A stretch of DNA of 32,000 nucleotides from Candidatus Omnitrophota bacterium (GCA_963662715.1 OY759724.1:3150001-3182000); one strand, 5' to 3'. Counted from the stretch's first letter, positions 16,816-25,442 are shown. Numbers and translations are program-made. Notes: generated from the letters alone by a model not told the origin.

Positions 16816-17792
16816 CAGGAGGGGCGGGATTTATCGGCAGCGAATTCGTGCGCCAGGCTGTTGGCCGCGGGTTTCCGGTGACGGTGATCGACAACCTCTC
16901 ATATGCCGGAGACCTTGCCCGGTTAAAAGCCATAAGAAAACAGGTCTCTTTCTACAAAACAGATATTACTCACCCTCAGAAGATAAAAGATATCCTTAAA
17001 AAAGAAAGACCCGATATCATTGCTCATTTCGCAGCGGAAACACATGTTGACAGAAGTCTCCTGGATATCGGCCCTTTCATTAAAACCAATATCCACGGGA
17101 CGGCCGTTTTAATTGATACGGCCAGGAAAACACATATTAAGAAATTTGTTCATATCTCGACAGACGAAGTCTACGGGGAAATCATCAAAGGCTCTTTCTC
17201 GGAATCGTCGCCGTTATCTCCCAGCAACCCTTACGCCGCGACAAAGGCGGCGGCAGACTTTCTCGTTCAATCGGCGATAAAAGCTTATGCCTTTCCGGCC
17301 GTAATTGTCCGGTCTTCAAACAATTACGGGCCCTGGCAGTACCCGGAGAAATTCATTCCGGTCATTCTGCTTAAAGCCCTGCAAAACCAAAAAGTCCCCA
17401 TATACGGGGAAGGGACCCAGGTCCGGAGATGGCTTCATGTTTCGGATTGCGTCAATGCCATTTTTTTAGTCATGGCAAAAGGCCGCCCGGGAGAAATTTA
17501 TAATGTCGCTAGTCCTGTTTCCCAAAAAAATATCGAAATAGCAAAAACCATTTTAAGGTTGTTAAACAAACCGGAGACTCTGATTCAATTTGTGAAGGAC
17601 CGGCCAGGCCATGACCGGCGCTACTCCTTAAATTGCCGAAAAATCCGGGGATTAGGCTGGCGCCCGCAAAAAAATTTCAACAAGGGGATGGAAGAGACCG
17701 TCCGCTGGGCTACCCGGCATTTTGACTGGCTGGAACAAAAACTTAAATTTTTACAACCCTATTGGAAAACTGTTTATAATACGGGGAGGTAG
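16785..17792 (+). CDS. rmlB: dTDP-glucose 4,6-dehydratase
   Basis: LLVTGGAGFIGSEFVR, HFAAETHVDRS, HISTDEVYG and YAATKAA (YxxxK) blocks. 335 aa. Confidence 0.93.
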   Translation: MRHKLPKLLVTGGAGFIGSEFVRQAVGRGFPVTVIDNLSYAGDLARLKAIRKQVSFYKTDITHPQKIKDILKKERPDIIAHFAAETHVDRSLLDIGPFIKTNIHGTAVLIDTARKTHIKKFVHISTDEVYGEIIKGSFSESSPLSPSNPYAATKAAADFLVQSAIKAYAFPAVIVRSSNNYGPWQYPEKFIPVILLKALQNQKVPIYGEGTQVRRWLHVSDCVNAIFLVMAKGRPGEIYNVASPVSQKNIEIAKTILRLLNKPETLIQFVKDRPGHDRRYSLNCRKIRGLGWRPQKNFNKGMEETVRWATRHFDWLEQKLKFLQPYWKTVYNTGR

Positions 17793-17858
17793 GATCTCTT
17801 TATTTTTATGCCGTTTGATACCAGAATAAACACCAACGAATAACCTGAGGATATATTT

Positions 17859-18794
17859 ATGAAATTAGTTATCCAGATTCCATGTCTCAATGAAGAGAAA
17901 AGCCTCCCTGAAACATTGGCTGCTTTACCCCGTCACATCGAAGGGATTGATGACATCAAGTGGCTTGTCATAGATGACGGCAGCACGGATGAGACCTCCC
18001 AGGTCGCCCGGGAACACGGCGTTCATCAGGTTGTCCGTTTCACGAAAAAGAAAGGCCTCGCCCGCGTCTTTCAGACGGGCTTGGACACGGCATTATCCAT
18101 GGGCGCCGATATTATTGTCAATACGGATGCCGACGGGCAATATAAGGGTGAAGATATTCCCCGTTTAGTGAAACCTATCCTGGAAGGGAAAGCCGATATT
18201 GTCATAGGCAACAGGGATATCGAGAATGTCCGGCAGTTTTCATTCATAAAAAAACGCTTGCAGAGAATCGGCAGCTGGGTCGTACGGCAGCTGACCGGCT
18301 CAACCATACAAGATGCGACCACCGGGTTCCGGGCTTATAACCGGGAAGCCGCGTTACGGATCAATATTATTTCGGAATACACTTATACCTTGGAAAGCAT
18401 TATCCAGGCCGAACATAAAAATCTTGCCATTGCCAATATTACAGTCTCGACCAATGACGTCCATCGCCCTTCCCGGCTTTTCAGAAGTATTCCGGAATAC
18501 ATCAAGCGTTCCATTCTAACGATCATCCGGGTCTACTCCATGTTCAATCCGGTCCGGTTATTTGCGACAATCGGAACCGGATTTTCGTTTCTCGGGTTCC
18601 TTCTGGGATGCCGTTTTGTTTATTATTTTTTACTGGGAGACGGGGAGGGGAAGATTCAATCCCTGTTGCTGGCCTCCGTTCTTATCATCATCGGTTTTCA
18701 GGTTCTTATTATCGGGCTGGTTTCCGATTTAATCTCCGCTAACCGGCGTCTGATTGAAGACATTTTATTCCGGATCAAGAAGGCGGAAAAATAA
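17859..18794 (+). CDS. GT2 glycosyltransferase of the polyprenyl-phosphate sugar synthase type (GtrB/ArnC/Ppm-like)
   Basis: IQIPCLNEEKSL, VIDDGSTDET and the DxD motif NTDADGQY. Two C-terminal TM helices (FATIGTGFSFLGFLLGC and LLLASVLIIIGFQVLIIGLV), the usual architecture of this subgroup. Confidence 0.8.
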   Translation: MKLVIQIPCLNEEKSLPETLAALPRHIEGIDDIKWLVIDDGSTDETSQVAREHGVHQVVRFTKKKGLARVFQTGLDTALSMGADIIVNTDADGQYKGEDIPRLVKPILEGKADIVIGNRDIENVRQFSFIKKRLQRIGSWVVRQLTGSTIQDATTGFRAYNREAALRINIISEYTYTLESIIQAEHKNLAIANITVSTNDVHRPSRLFRSIPEYIKRSILTIIRVYSMFNPVRLFATIGTGFSFLGFLLGCRFVYYFLLGDGEGKIQSLLLASVLIIIGFQVLIIGLVSDLISANRRLIEDILFRIKKAEK

Positions 18795-18940
18795 TGCCTG
18801 TCATCAAAACACATGATCTAACGCGTTCCCTTTTTGCGTCCCGCGGCGGGGGACTTGCACACGGCCCAAAGGGGAGAAAGGGCTATCTTTTCTCCCGGAA
18901 CAATATTCTGCAATCATTTTCGCTGAGAATTTTCACATGA
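18794..18940 (+). CDS. Possible 48-aa basic peptide bridging the GT2 and GT-C genes
   Basis: Its ATG shares the A of the GT2 stop (TAATG). Its TGA overlaps the next start (ATGA). The product is MPVIKTHDLTRSLFASRGGGLAHGPKGRKGYLFSRNNILQSFSLRIFT. There is no homology evidence. The region also folds into a hairpin (18872-18896). Confidence 0.3.
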   Translation: MPVIKTHDLTRSLFASRGGGLAHGPKGRKGYLFSRNNILQSFSLRIFT

Positions 18941-20802
18941 TGTTTTTTCTATTTGCCGAACGGAGTTTTTCCGTCCTTCTTTTGCTGATTCTCTCCTACG
19001 GATTGGGGTATAGCCTGACCCGTTTTCTGAAAACGTCTTCTTTTAACACCGTCATTTTAAGACTGGGAATAGGCCTGGGAACCATCCCGGTTCTCGGGGT
19101 GTTCCTCAACACGCTGCACATTCCGCTTGATTGGCGCATATTTCTCATTTTATCCGTCCTCCTGCCGCTTTATGATCTCAAAAAGAAGGGCTTTAAAGTC
19201 TCCTGCTCATCGTTTTTTAAAAGCAAACCCGTTGAGATCGCCGTGATTCTCTTGTTTGTGATTAATGTCTGGATATACTGCCACGGGGCTTTCGTCTATC
19301 CCTGGCTTGAAGACGATGATCCGTGGACCCATGCTGTGGGAATAAAATATATTGCCTTAGAAAAAAACCTCAATGTCAGGCCGGGAGAATTTCACTACAT
19401 GAACCCTTATCCCCCGGGATATGACCTGACCCTCGGGATACTGCACCAGACAAATTCCTCTCTTTACTGGACGATGAAATTCATCAACGCATTCATTGTT
19501 TCGCTCAGTTTTCTCTTTTTTTACCTTATGGTCCTTGAATTCACACAAGATAAAATTCTGTCGCTCACAGCACTGTTTGTCTTGACCTGCCTGCCGTGTT
19601 ATCTAAGCCACTTTATATGGGCCCATTCCCTTGTGGTAGCCCTGTTTTTTCCGGCTCTCACCGGCATCAAGAAATCTCTGGATAATAAAAAATTCATCCT
19701 CCCAAGCGTCATCGTCACCGCAGGGATCTTCCTGACACAGCCGACCCAAAGCATTAAATTTGTCATTATGCTCTTTCTTTTTATGCTGGCTTTCTATATC
19801 GTCTATAAGAAAATACCCCGCCGGTGCCTTCTCATTCTTGCCCTGGCTGCGGGGATTTCTCTCTTGTGGTTCGGCCCCGTGGCCAAAGATATGATTCAGG
19901 GATCCTCTTACTTAGCGGCCCGAAAAAACCAAGCGTCCAACGCTTCCCGTGCCACTCAATCCGTCATCGGGTACTTATTCAGCCCGAAATCCGGCACCGC
20001 AACACAAGCCTACAGTATGACGGATTATCTCTACATTCGGAGAGACAATTATATCAACAATCCTCTGGGAATCGGCATGGTTGTCTTCATCCTGGGGATT
20101 TTGGGGTTAACGATCTATACCTACCACGTTTTCAGCCCCGGGCCGAAAGAAGAGACAGCCAGACTTTATTCAATCACAGTCCTGTTATGGCTCCTTTTTA
20201 CGGTCCTGGGGATGAACAGCCTCACGTTTCATCTCCCGGTAGGCATGTTCGCCTTCCGGTTCTGGATGCTTTTTGCGATTCCTTTGTCTATTATCACAGC
20301 TGAAGCCGTGTTGTGGCTTACCTATAAACTACGACACCGGCATCAACGGGTCTTGCTGAGCATGATCCTTCTTTTCTCGGTGGCCGCGAATGCCGGGTAT
20401 TATAAATTCCTCGTGAATACAATCTGGTGGACTTACGGGGTCTACTGGACTTCGGATGATGAGATGAAAGCTTACCTTTGGATGAGAGGGCATTTGCCTC
20501 CGGATACAAAGGTATTTGTCCCGACTAATAATTTCTTTGTCCTGGGGCACGACATGCTAGCTGAGACATGGCGGGATGATTACAAAAACGCCTTTGAAAA
20601 TGCCCTTGATTTGTCTCTTGATGAACTTTACAAAAGGCTCCGTCAGCAGGATTATGAATATCTTGTTATCGGCCAGCAGGAAATGATAACGCTGGGCTTG
20701 GAAGGCATTAAAGATATCCTTCAAGAACTCAAACGGCATGAGCACTTTGAACTCGTATATCGGGAAGGGATCGGAGCGAGAATATTCCGGTTGGTCCCTT
20801 AG
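18937..20802 (+). CDS. Large polytopic GT-C-fold membrane glycosyltransferase-like protein (STT3/AglB-like or PMT_2/ArnT-like; family unresolved)
   Basis: About 13 or more hydrophobic helices. Acidic loop YPWLEDDDPWTHAVGIKYIA followed about 30 aa later by NPYPPGY. A WWTYG motif directly follows the last TM helix, then a C-terminal soluble domain of about 120 aa. It is translationally coupled downstream of the GT2 gene. Confidence 0.6.
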   Translation: MMFFLFAERSFSVLLLLILSYGLGYSLTRFLKTSSFNTVILRLGIGLGTIPVLGVFLNTLHIPLDWRIFLILSVLLPLYDLKKKGFKVSCSSFFKSKPVEIAVILLFVINVWIYCHGAFVYPWLEDDDPWTHAVGIKYIALEKNLNVRPGEFHYMNPYPPGYDLTLGILHQTNSSLYWTMKFINAFIVSLSFLFFYLMVLEFTQDKILSLTALFVLTCLPCYLSHFIWAHSLVVALFFPALTGIKKSLDNKKFILPSVIVTAGIFLTQPTQSIKFVIMLFLFMLAFYIVYKKIPRRCLLILALAAGISLLWFGPVAKDMIQGSSYLAARKNQASNASRATQSVIGYLFSPKSGTATQAYSMTDYLYIRRDNYINNPLGIGMVVFILGILGLTIYTYHVFSPGPKEETARLYSITVLLWLLFTVLGMNSLTFHLPVGMFAFRFWMLFAIPLSIITAEAVLWLTYKLRHRHQRVLLSMILLFSVAANAGYYKFLVNTIWWTYGVYWTSDDEMKAYLWMRGHLPPDTKVFVPTNNFFVLGHDMLAETWRDDYKNAFENALDLSLDELYKRLRQQDYEYLVIGQQEMITLGLEGIKDILQELKRHEHFELVYREGIGARIFRLVP

Positions 20803-20811
20803 GGCAGACAG

Positions 20812-22224
20812 TTAAAAATAAACCATGGCGTTGGGAAAGCTGACCACAAGATTGATATAATACGTTTTCAGCAGCATGTATGCGGTCATAAAGCTCACGA
20901 TGACCAGGCTGACGCGCCGCATCCCTAAATTTTCGATCAAAGACACTTTTCTTATAAGTTCAATCCAGAAAGCTGCTCCTAAAATAAGCAAAACAGGCGT
21001 CGCGGCCAAGACATATCTTGATTGATAACTCTTCCATAAAGAGAAAAAAAGCATTATTGTCAACAGGACACACTGTAACAGCCTGACATTTTTCGAACGC
21101 ATCTTTTCAAAGGGAGCGACAAAGGTGCATAAGCCCAGGACATAAAACAGGGAAAACTGGGACAATTTGATAAAGTAAAAAAACAAACCATTATAAGAAA
21201 AAGCTCCCGGATTCCATTTCGTTTCCGGCAAGAACGCCGGGGACAGGGCGGGGAAAAGCTTCCACAGGAGAAACAAAAAGAATATTCCAAAAATAACGTT
21301 TTGCCAAGACTTCGTGCACAGCCAATCTATCCTCTGTTGGAAAAATTCACGGACATTCTTTTTCAGGGCGCAAAAAAACGACAAGGCGGCAAGGGCAAGA
21401 AATCCCCAGACAAGGCTATGTGTGCCGGCCATCTTAAACAGCCCGTGAACACCAAGTGTCTCCACCCATAACCGAGTGCCATAACAGATATAATTCCAGT
21501 AAACCCAAGGCAGCAGCATCCCTAACGGAAGAATAAGACCAAGAAGAAAAGATTTCCTTTTAAAGAGCCGTTGTTCATATAGAGCGCAAAAAAGAACCGC
21601 AGAGAACACCGTCAGCACACCCGTATATTTCGTTAACATGGCCAGGCCGCAGCTGCCCCCAAAAGCCAGGAACCAGGAACCCCGGGAATCTTTCAAGCCA
21701 AGAAGAAATAACAATACCGCTAACGTCATAAAAAACGTCACTGTCGTATCCATCCAAATTTTTTGTGAAGAAATAATATTGACCGGATCCATCCACACTA
21801 AAAATGCGGCCGCCAGCCCCACGCATTCATCAAAGACAAGGGCCCCGATCCAATAGGTCAATAAAATCAAGAGCACTCCAAAAAGACAAGAGACATACGC
21901 CGCAGAATAATAGTGTTCGCCGAATATCCGCAATGAAAGACTGACGAGTGCGGCAAAAAAGGGAGGATGCTTAAAAAGAGGTTGCGAAAAATACTTCGGC
22001 AAAGGGGCAAAATGGGGACGCAACTCCAAAAGCACTTGGGAAAATTTTATCGTGTGATAGTCCGGGAAATGATTTTTCAGCTGAGCACCCAGGTGATAAA
22101 AGACCAGTTCATCAATGGTCCTGCTTGTGCTTTTGCGGTAATTCCTCATCCGGATATAAAATCCGGAAAGCAATAATAAAGCAAGGACCAAATAGATGAC
22201 AACCTGTTTTCGGGAGAAGGGCAT
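20812..22224 (-). CDS. ArnT/PMT_2-family (GT39/GT83-like) GT-C membrane glycosyltransferase
   Basis: TM1 followed by the loop RTIDELVFYHLGAQL (DE motif), KHPPFF about 45 aa later, LTKYTG, and at least 10 TM helices. It converges on the previous gene with 9 nt between stop codons. Confidence 0.7.
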   Translation of the reverse strand: MPFSRKQVVIYLVLALLLLSGFYIRMRNYRKSTSRTIDELVFYHLGAQLKNHFPDYHTIKFSQVLLELRPHFAPLPKYFSQPLFKHPPFFAALVSLSLRIFGEHYYSAAYVSCLFGVLLILLTYWIGALVFDECVGLAAAFLVWMDPVNIISSQKIWMDTTVTFFMTLAVLLFLLGLKDSRGSWFLAFGGSCGLAMLTKYTGVLTVFSAVLFCALYEQRLFKRKSFLLGLILPLGMLLPWVYWNYICYGTRLWVETLGVHGLFKMAGTHSLVWGFLALAALSFFCALKKNVREFFQQRIDWLCTKSWQNVIFGIFFLFLLWKLFPALSPAFLPETKWNPGAFSYNGLFFYFIKLSQFSLFYVLGLCTFVAPFEKMRSKNVRLLQCVLLTIMLFFSLWKSYQSRYVLAATPVLLILGAAFWIELIRKVSLIENLGMRRVSLVIVSFMTAYMLLKTYYINLVVSFPNAMVYF

Positions 22225-22231
22225 AAGCCAT

Positions 22232-22271
22232 AAAAAAGGGCAAGCGTATTATTAAAAGGATACGCTTGCCC
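22232..22271 (-). terminator. Rho-independent terminator downstream of the pfk-like gene
   Basis: On the minus strand: GGGCAAGCGTA, a 12-nt loop, TACGCTTGCCC (perfect 11-bp stem), then TTTTTT. It begins 14 nt after the pfk stop. Confidence 0.75.
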
Positions 22272-22285
22272 AGGTGCACATTTTT

Positions 22286-23491
22286 TTAAAGGTGCCGGGC
22301 AACTTTACCGGTAACTTCTTGAAATGTGTATTCAGCTTCAGCTGGTTCCCGGCCGAAACACATTCCCAATTGTTCATGATAAGCAACAAGATTCAAATGA
22401 ACATGTCTTTGCTTTATCGCCTCAGCGGTCTTCATATATCTGACCGTATTGTCATCTATCCCTACGACAGTAACCCCTGACATGCCGTTTAGGAGTAAAT
22501 TAACAGCCGCAGAACCCGCTTCTTTTCCGAAATTCACATCATAAGCGGAAGAGCGGCCGCAACGGACTAAATGCCCGGGAGTAACAGCCCGCACTTCGGG
22601 GACTTCGTAGATGCCTTCAACATACATTTTGTTTTGCGTCATTAAACTTTTAATGTCTGCATCATCTTTAAAACGCTTGGTCAGCTGCTGGGTGATGTAC
22701 TTGCCGGCCCCGGCAAGTTTTTTATGCCCGAAAGCATCCACACCCGCTGATTCATCAACAATCTCGGAACCGTCGGCATTCTTCAGACCTTCCGCCACAA
22801 TGATAAGGTATGTTCCGGCTCGGACATCACTCTTTGAAATACGGTTAAAATACCGCTGTTTAACGTGCTGATACAACACGTCGAGATCTACCGGGATTTC
22901 GGGAATAAGAACGGCATCGGCATCGGCAGCCACTCCACCTCTAAAGGCTGTATGCCCGGCATAACGGCCAAAAACCTCCACAACGATGATCCGGTTATGG
23001 GTTTTTCCGGTTGTTTTCAGGTCCTCGGAGAATTCAGCGATCCGGCTGATCGTGGAATCCGCCCCCACAGAATAAGTCTGCAGATCCAGATCCATCGTCT
23101 TGGGCGCATGCACACACCGAATGCCGTTATTGGCCAAATCGACGATGACACTGCCCGTATCATCCCCGCCGCTGATCACAAGGCCGTCAATATTGAATTT
23201 CTCCAATCCTTTCTTGATACGGTCATACTTATGATCATCCTTAATTTTCTTGACTTTGACCCGGGAATGGCCAGCTTCCGATCCAGCGATATTCGCACCG
23301 ATAGAATCAACTCTTGACGGGGTCAGCTCCACGAGCGAATCGAATTCTACAAGATTGTAGAGGCCGGCATAGCCGTTGGGGATAACATGAACAGAGACAC
23401 CTTTGTGGGTCGCCATAGAGGCCGCTCCCTTGATGACGGCGTTTAACCCTCCACAATCTCCTCCGCTGGTAATAATTCCTATCTTTTTCAT
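22286..23491 (-). CDS. pfp: 6-phosphofructokinase family, predicted PPi-dependent (PPi-PFK)
   Basis: MKKIGIITSGGDCGGLNAVIKGA N-terminus. It has SGGDDTGS rather than GGDGS and PKTMDLD rather than PGTIDND. This gives Asp and Lys at the positions equivalent to E. coli PfkA G104 and G124, which correlate with PPi use. Confidence 0.8.
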   Translation of the reverse strand: MKKIGIITSGGDCGGLNAVIKGAASMATHKGVSVHVIPNGYAGLYNLVEFDSLVELTPSRVDSIGANIAGSEAGHSRVKVKKIKDDHKYDRIKKGLEKFNIDGLVISGGDDTGSVIVDLANNGIRCVHAPKTMDLDLQTYSVGADSTISRIAEFSEDLKTTGKTHNRIIVVEVFGRYAGHTAFRGGVAADADAVLIPEIPVDLDVLYQHVKQRYFNRISKSDVRAGTYLIIVAEGLKNADGSEIVDESAGVDAFGHKKLAGAGKYITQQLTKRFKDDADIKSLMTQNKMYVEGIYEVPEVRAVTPGHLVRCGRSSAYDVNFGKEAGSAAVNLLLNGMSGVTVVGIDDNTVRYMKTAEAIKQRHVHLNLVAYHEQLGMCFGREPAEAEYTFQEVTGKVARHL

Positions 23492-23608
23492 TGGGACTCC
23501 TTTTCAATAATTCATCTGATAATTATCCATAATTTAAGCTATTAAATTAGCACAACATAACCCATAAATCAATGAAAGTATAAAATCAAAATGTTAAGGA
23601 CAATATGA

Positions 23609-25279
23609 TCATTCCTGCGCTTCGCTCAGCAACAGTTCTGCGTGGCGAAGGGCGATATCTCCTTTTTTATCCCCGCTCATCATGTGGGCGAGTTCTTCTA
23701 TCCGTGACGCTCTTCCCAGGGCTTCAATATGCGTTATCGTCCGGCCGGACTTCACCTGTTTGATGACCTTGATATGCCGGTCTGCAAAAGCGGCGATTTG
23801 CGGCAAATGCGTGATGAGAATAATCTGTCTGTGTTCGGATAAAAATTTCAATTTCTGTCCGATAACGGCCCCTAAACGGCCTCCGATCTGAGCGTCAATT
23901 TCATCAAAAATCAAAACAGGGACGGGGTCCACATCGACCAGGGCTTTTTTTAACGCCAGCATGACCCGGGCGGCTTCACCCGAAGAGACGATATGCGCCA
24001 AGGGCTTCATCTCCTCCCCGATATTAGGGCTGATGTAAAAGATGATTTTATCCCGGCCGTCCTCATGAAAATCCGTCTGGGAAATTCTGGCCTCAAAAGA
24101 GACCTGGGGGATCCCCAGGTCCTTCAACTCGCGTTCAATGACCTTTTTCAGCCTTTCTGCCGATTGCTTTCTTTTCAAAGTGCACGTTCCGGCCAGGGAA
24201 CGCAACTCTTCTTCCTTCAGTTTTAATTGCTCAAAAATCCTGCCGCTGTCATGTTCCAAATTCACCAGTTGCTGATATTTATCCTGAATCTCTTCATAAT
24301 AAGCCCGTGTCTCCGCCAGATCCGGGCCGTATTTTCTTTTAATATCCTCGTACCGGTCAAATTTATCCTGGATCTCCGCAGCCTCAGACGGTTCAAAAGA
24401 AAGCGCGCTCAGATAATCCTTCAAATCAGCGACAATCTGGCAGCTGCATTCCTGCAAATGACTGAGGTTCATATCAAACCGCGAGGTGCTTTCATCCAGT
24501 TGATTCAAAACCCGCAAAGGCTTAAACGCCTGGGAGATCAAATCATTCACACCCGTTGAACGATTTTCATCCTCCAACAGTTGTAAAAGAGCTGCCGCAT
24601 GGACGCATAATTTCTCGGCATTATTCACCCTGGCCGTATCCCGTACGACCTCCTCATACGAGGATTCATCCAGAGGGAGTTCGGACAGTTCCTTTATCTG
24701 ATATTCCAGGAATTCCACCTCACGATCACGGGATTTTGCCAGCTGTTCCATCCCACGCTTTTTTTCCAACAAGGATATATAAGAATGATAACATTGCTGA
24801 TAAGCGTCTTTGGCTTTCCCAAACTCGGTCAGTTGATCGAGAATTGTTAAGTGCGCCGTCTCGGAAAAAAGCATTTGATGATCATGCGGCCCGTGCAGGT
24901 CTATCAAAGCGGCGCCCAACTCTTTTAGCTGTCCCACGGTCACCGAGAGCCCGTTGACCTTTATTTTTGCCCGTCCTTCCATTGAGGTCTGACGGCAGAT
25001 AATAAGGCTGGAGTCAGTACCCCGCAAATGCTCCCGGAGCAACGGGTGCTGACGGATCGTCCGGGCCCCGAAATCAAAAACCGCCTCCACGAGACAGGGG
25101 GACTGACTATCGCGGATATAAGAAGAGTTCAGTTTTTCTCCAAGAACAAACCGTAATCCTTCGATGATAATCGATTTTCCGGCCCCGGTTGAACCCGTGA
25201 GCACATTCAATCCTTTGGAAAATTCCACTTCTAACTCATCAATAAGTCCGAAATTTTTAATAAACAAACGTACGAGCAT
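23609..25279 (-). CDS. recN: DNA repair protein RecN
   Basis: Walker A GSTGAGKSIIIEGL, a long central coiled coil, the signature-like SSGEAARVMLALK and Walker B LIFDEIDAQIGG. 556 aa. Confidence 0.93.
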   Translation of the reverse strand: MLVRLFIKNFGLIDELEVEFSKGLNVLTGSTGAGKSIIIEGLRFVLGEKLNSSYIRDSQSPCLVEAVFDFGARTIRQHPLLREHLRGTDSSLIICRQTSMEGRAKIKVNGLSVTVGQLKELGAALIDLHGPHDHQMLFSETAHLTILDQLTEFGKAKDAYQQCYHSYISLLEKKRGMEQLAKSRDREVEFLEYQIKELSELPLDESSYEEVVRDTARVNNAEKLCVHAAALLQLLEDENRSTGVNDLISQAFKPLRVLNQLDESTSRFDMNLSHLQECSCQIVADLKDYLSALSFEPSEAAEIQDKFDRYEDIKRKYGPDLAETRAYYEEIQDKYQQLVNLEHDSGRIFEQLKLKEEELRSLAGTCTLKRKQSAERLKKVIERELKDLGIPQVSFEARISQTDFHEDGRDKIIFYISPNIGEEMKPLAHIVSSGEAARVMLALKKALVDVDPVPVLIFDEIDAQIGGRLGAVIGQKLKFLSEHRQIILITHLPQIAAFADRHIKVIKQVKSGRTITHIEALGRASRIEELAHMMSGDKKGDIALRHAELLLSEAQE

Positions 25280-25414
25280 CTGTTAATCCATGAATTCATA
25301 ATGTTAGCGGAAAGAGGGAAGAAGGGCCTATCATTATGCTTATCATAACAAATAACGACATATTTTAAAATGTTTTTAAACAATCTTAAAGCCTTTATTT
25401 ATATCATTATTTCT

Positions 25415-25442
25415 TTGAACATATTAAACTTTAAGCTATAAT
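25415..25442 (+). promoter_or_regulatory. Candidate sigma70-type promoter for the receiver-domain gene
   Basis: TTGAAC (25415-25420), a 16-nt spacer, then TATAAT (25437-25442), about 30 nt upstream of the GAGAGGGA RBS and the ATG at 25475. Confidence 0.45.

Noticed and set aside
20803-20811. I expected a bidirectional terminator between the two convergent GT-C genes.
   Set aside because: Only 9 nt separate the stop codons, and no hairpin is present there or in the flanking coding ends that I could see. I therefore call no terminator feature.
22865-23317. 150-aa plus-strand ORF inside the pfk gene. The plus-strand ORFs at 23682..24957 inside recN and at 19824..20303 inside the GT-C gene are similar.
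   Set aside because: They overlap genes with strong motif support in another frame or strand. They have no RBS and no recognisable domains.
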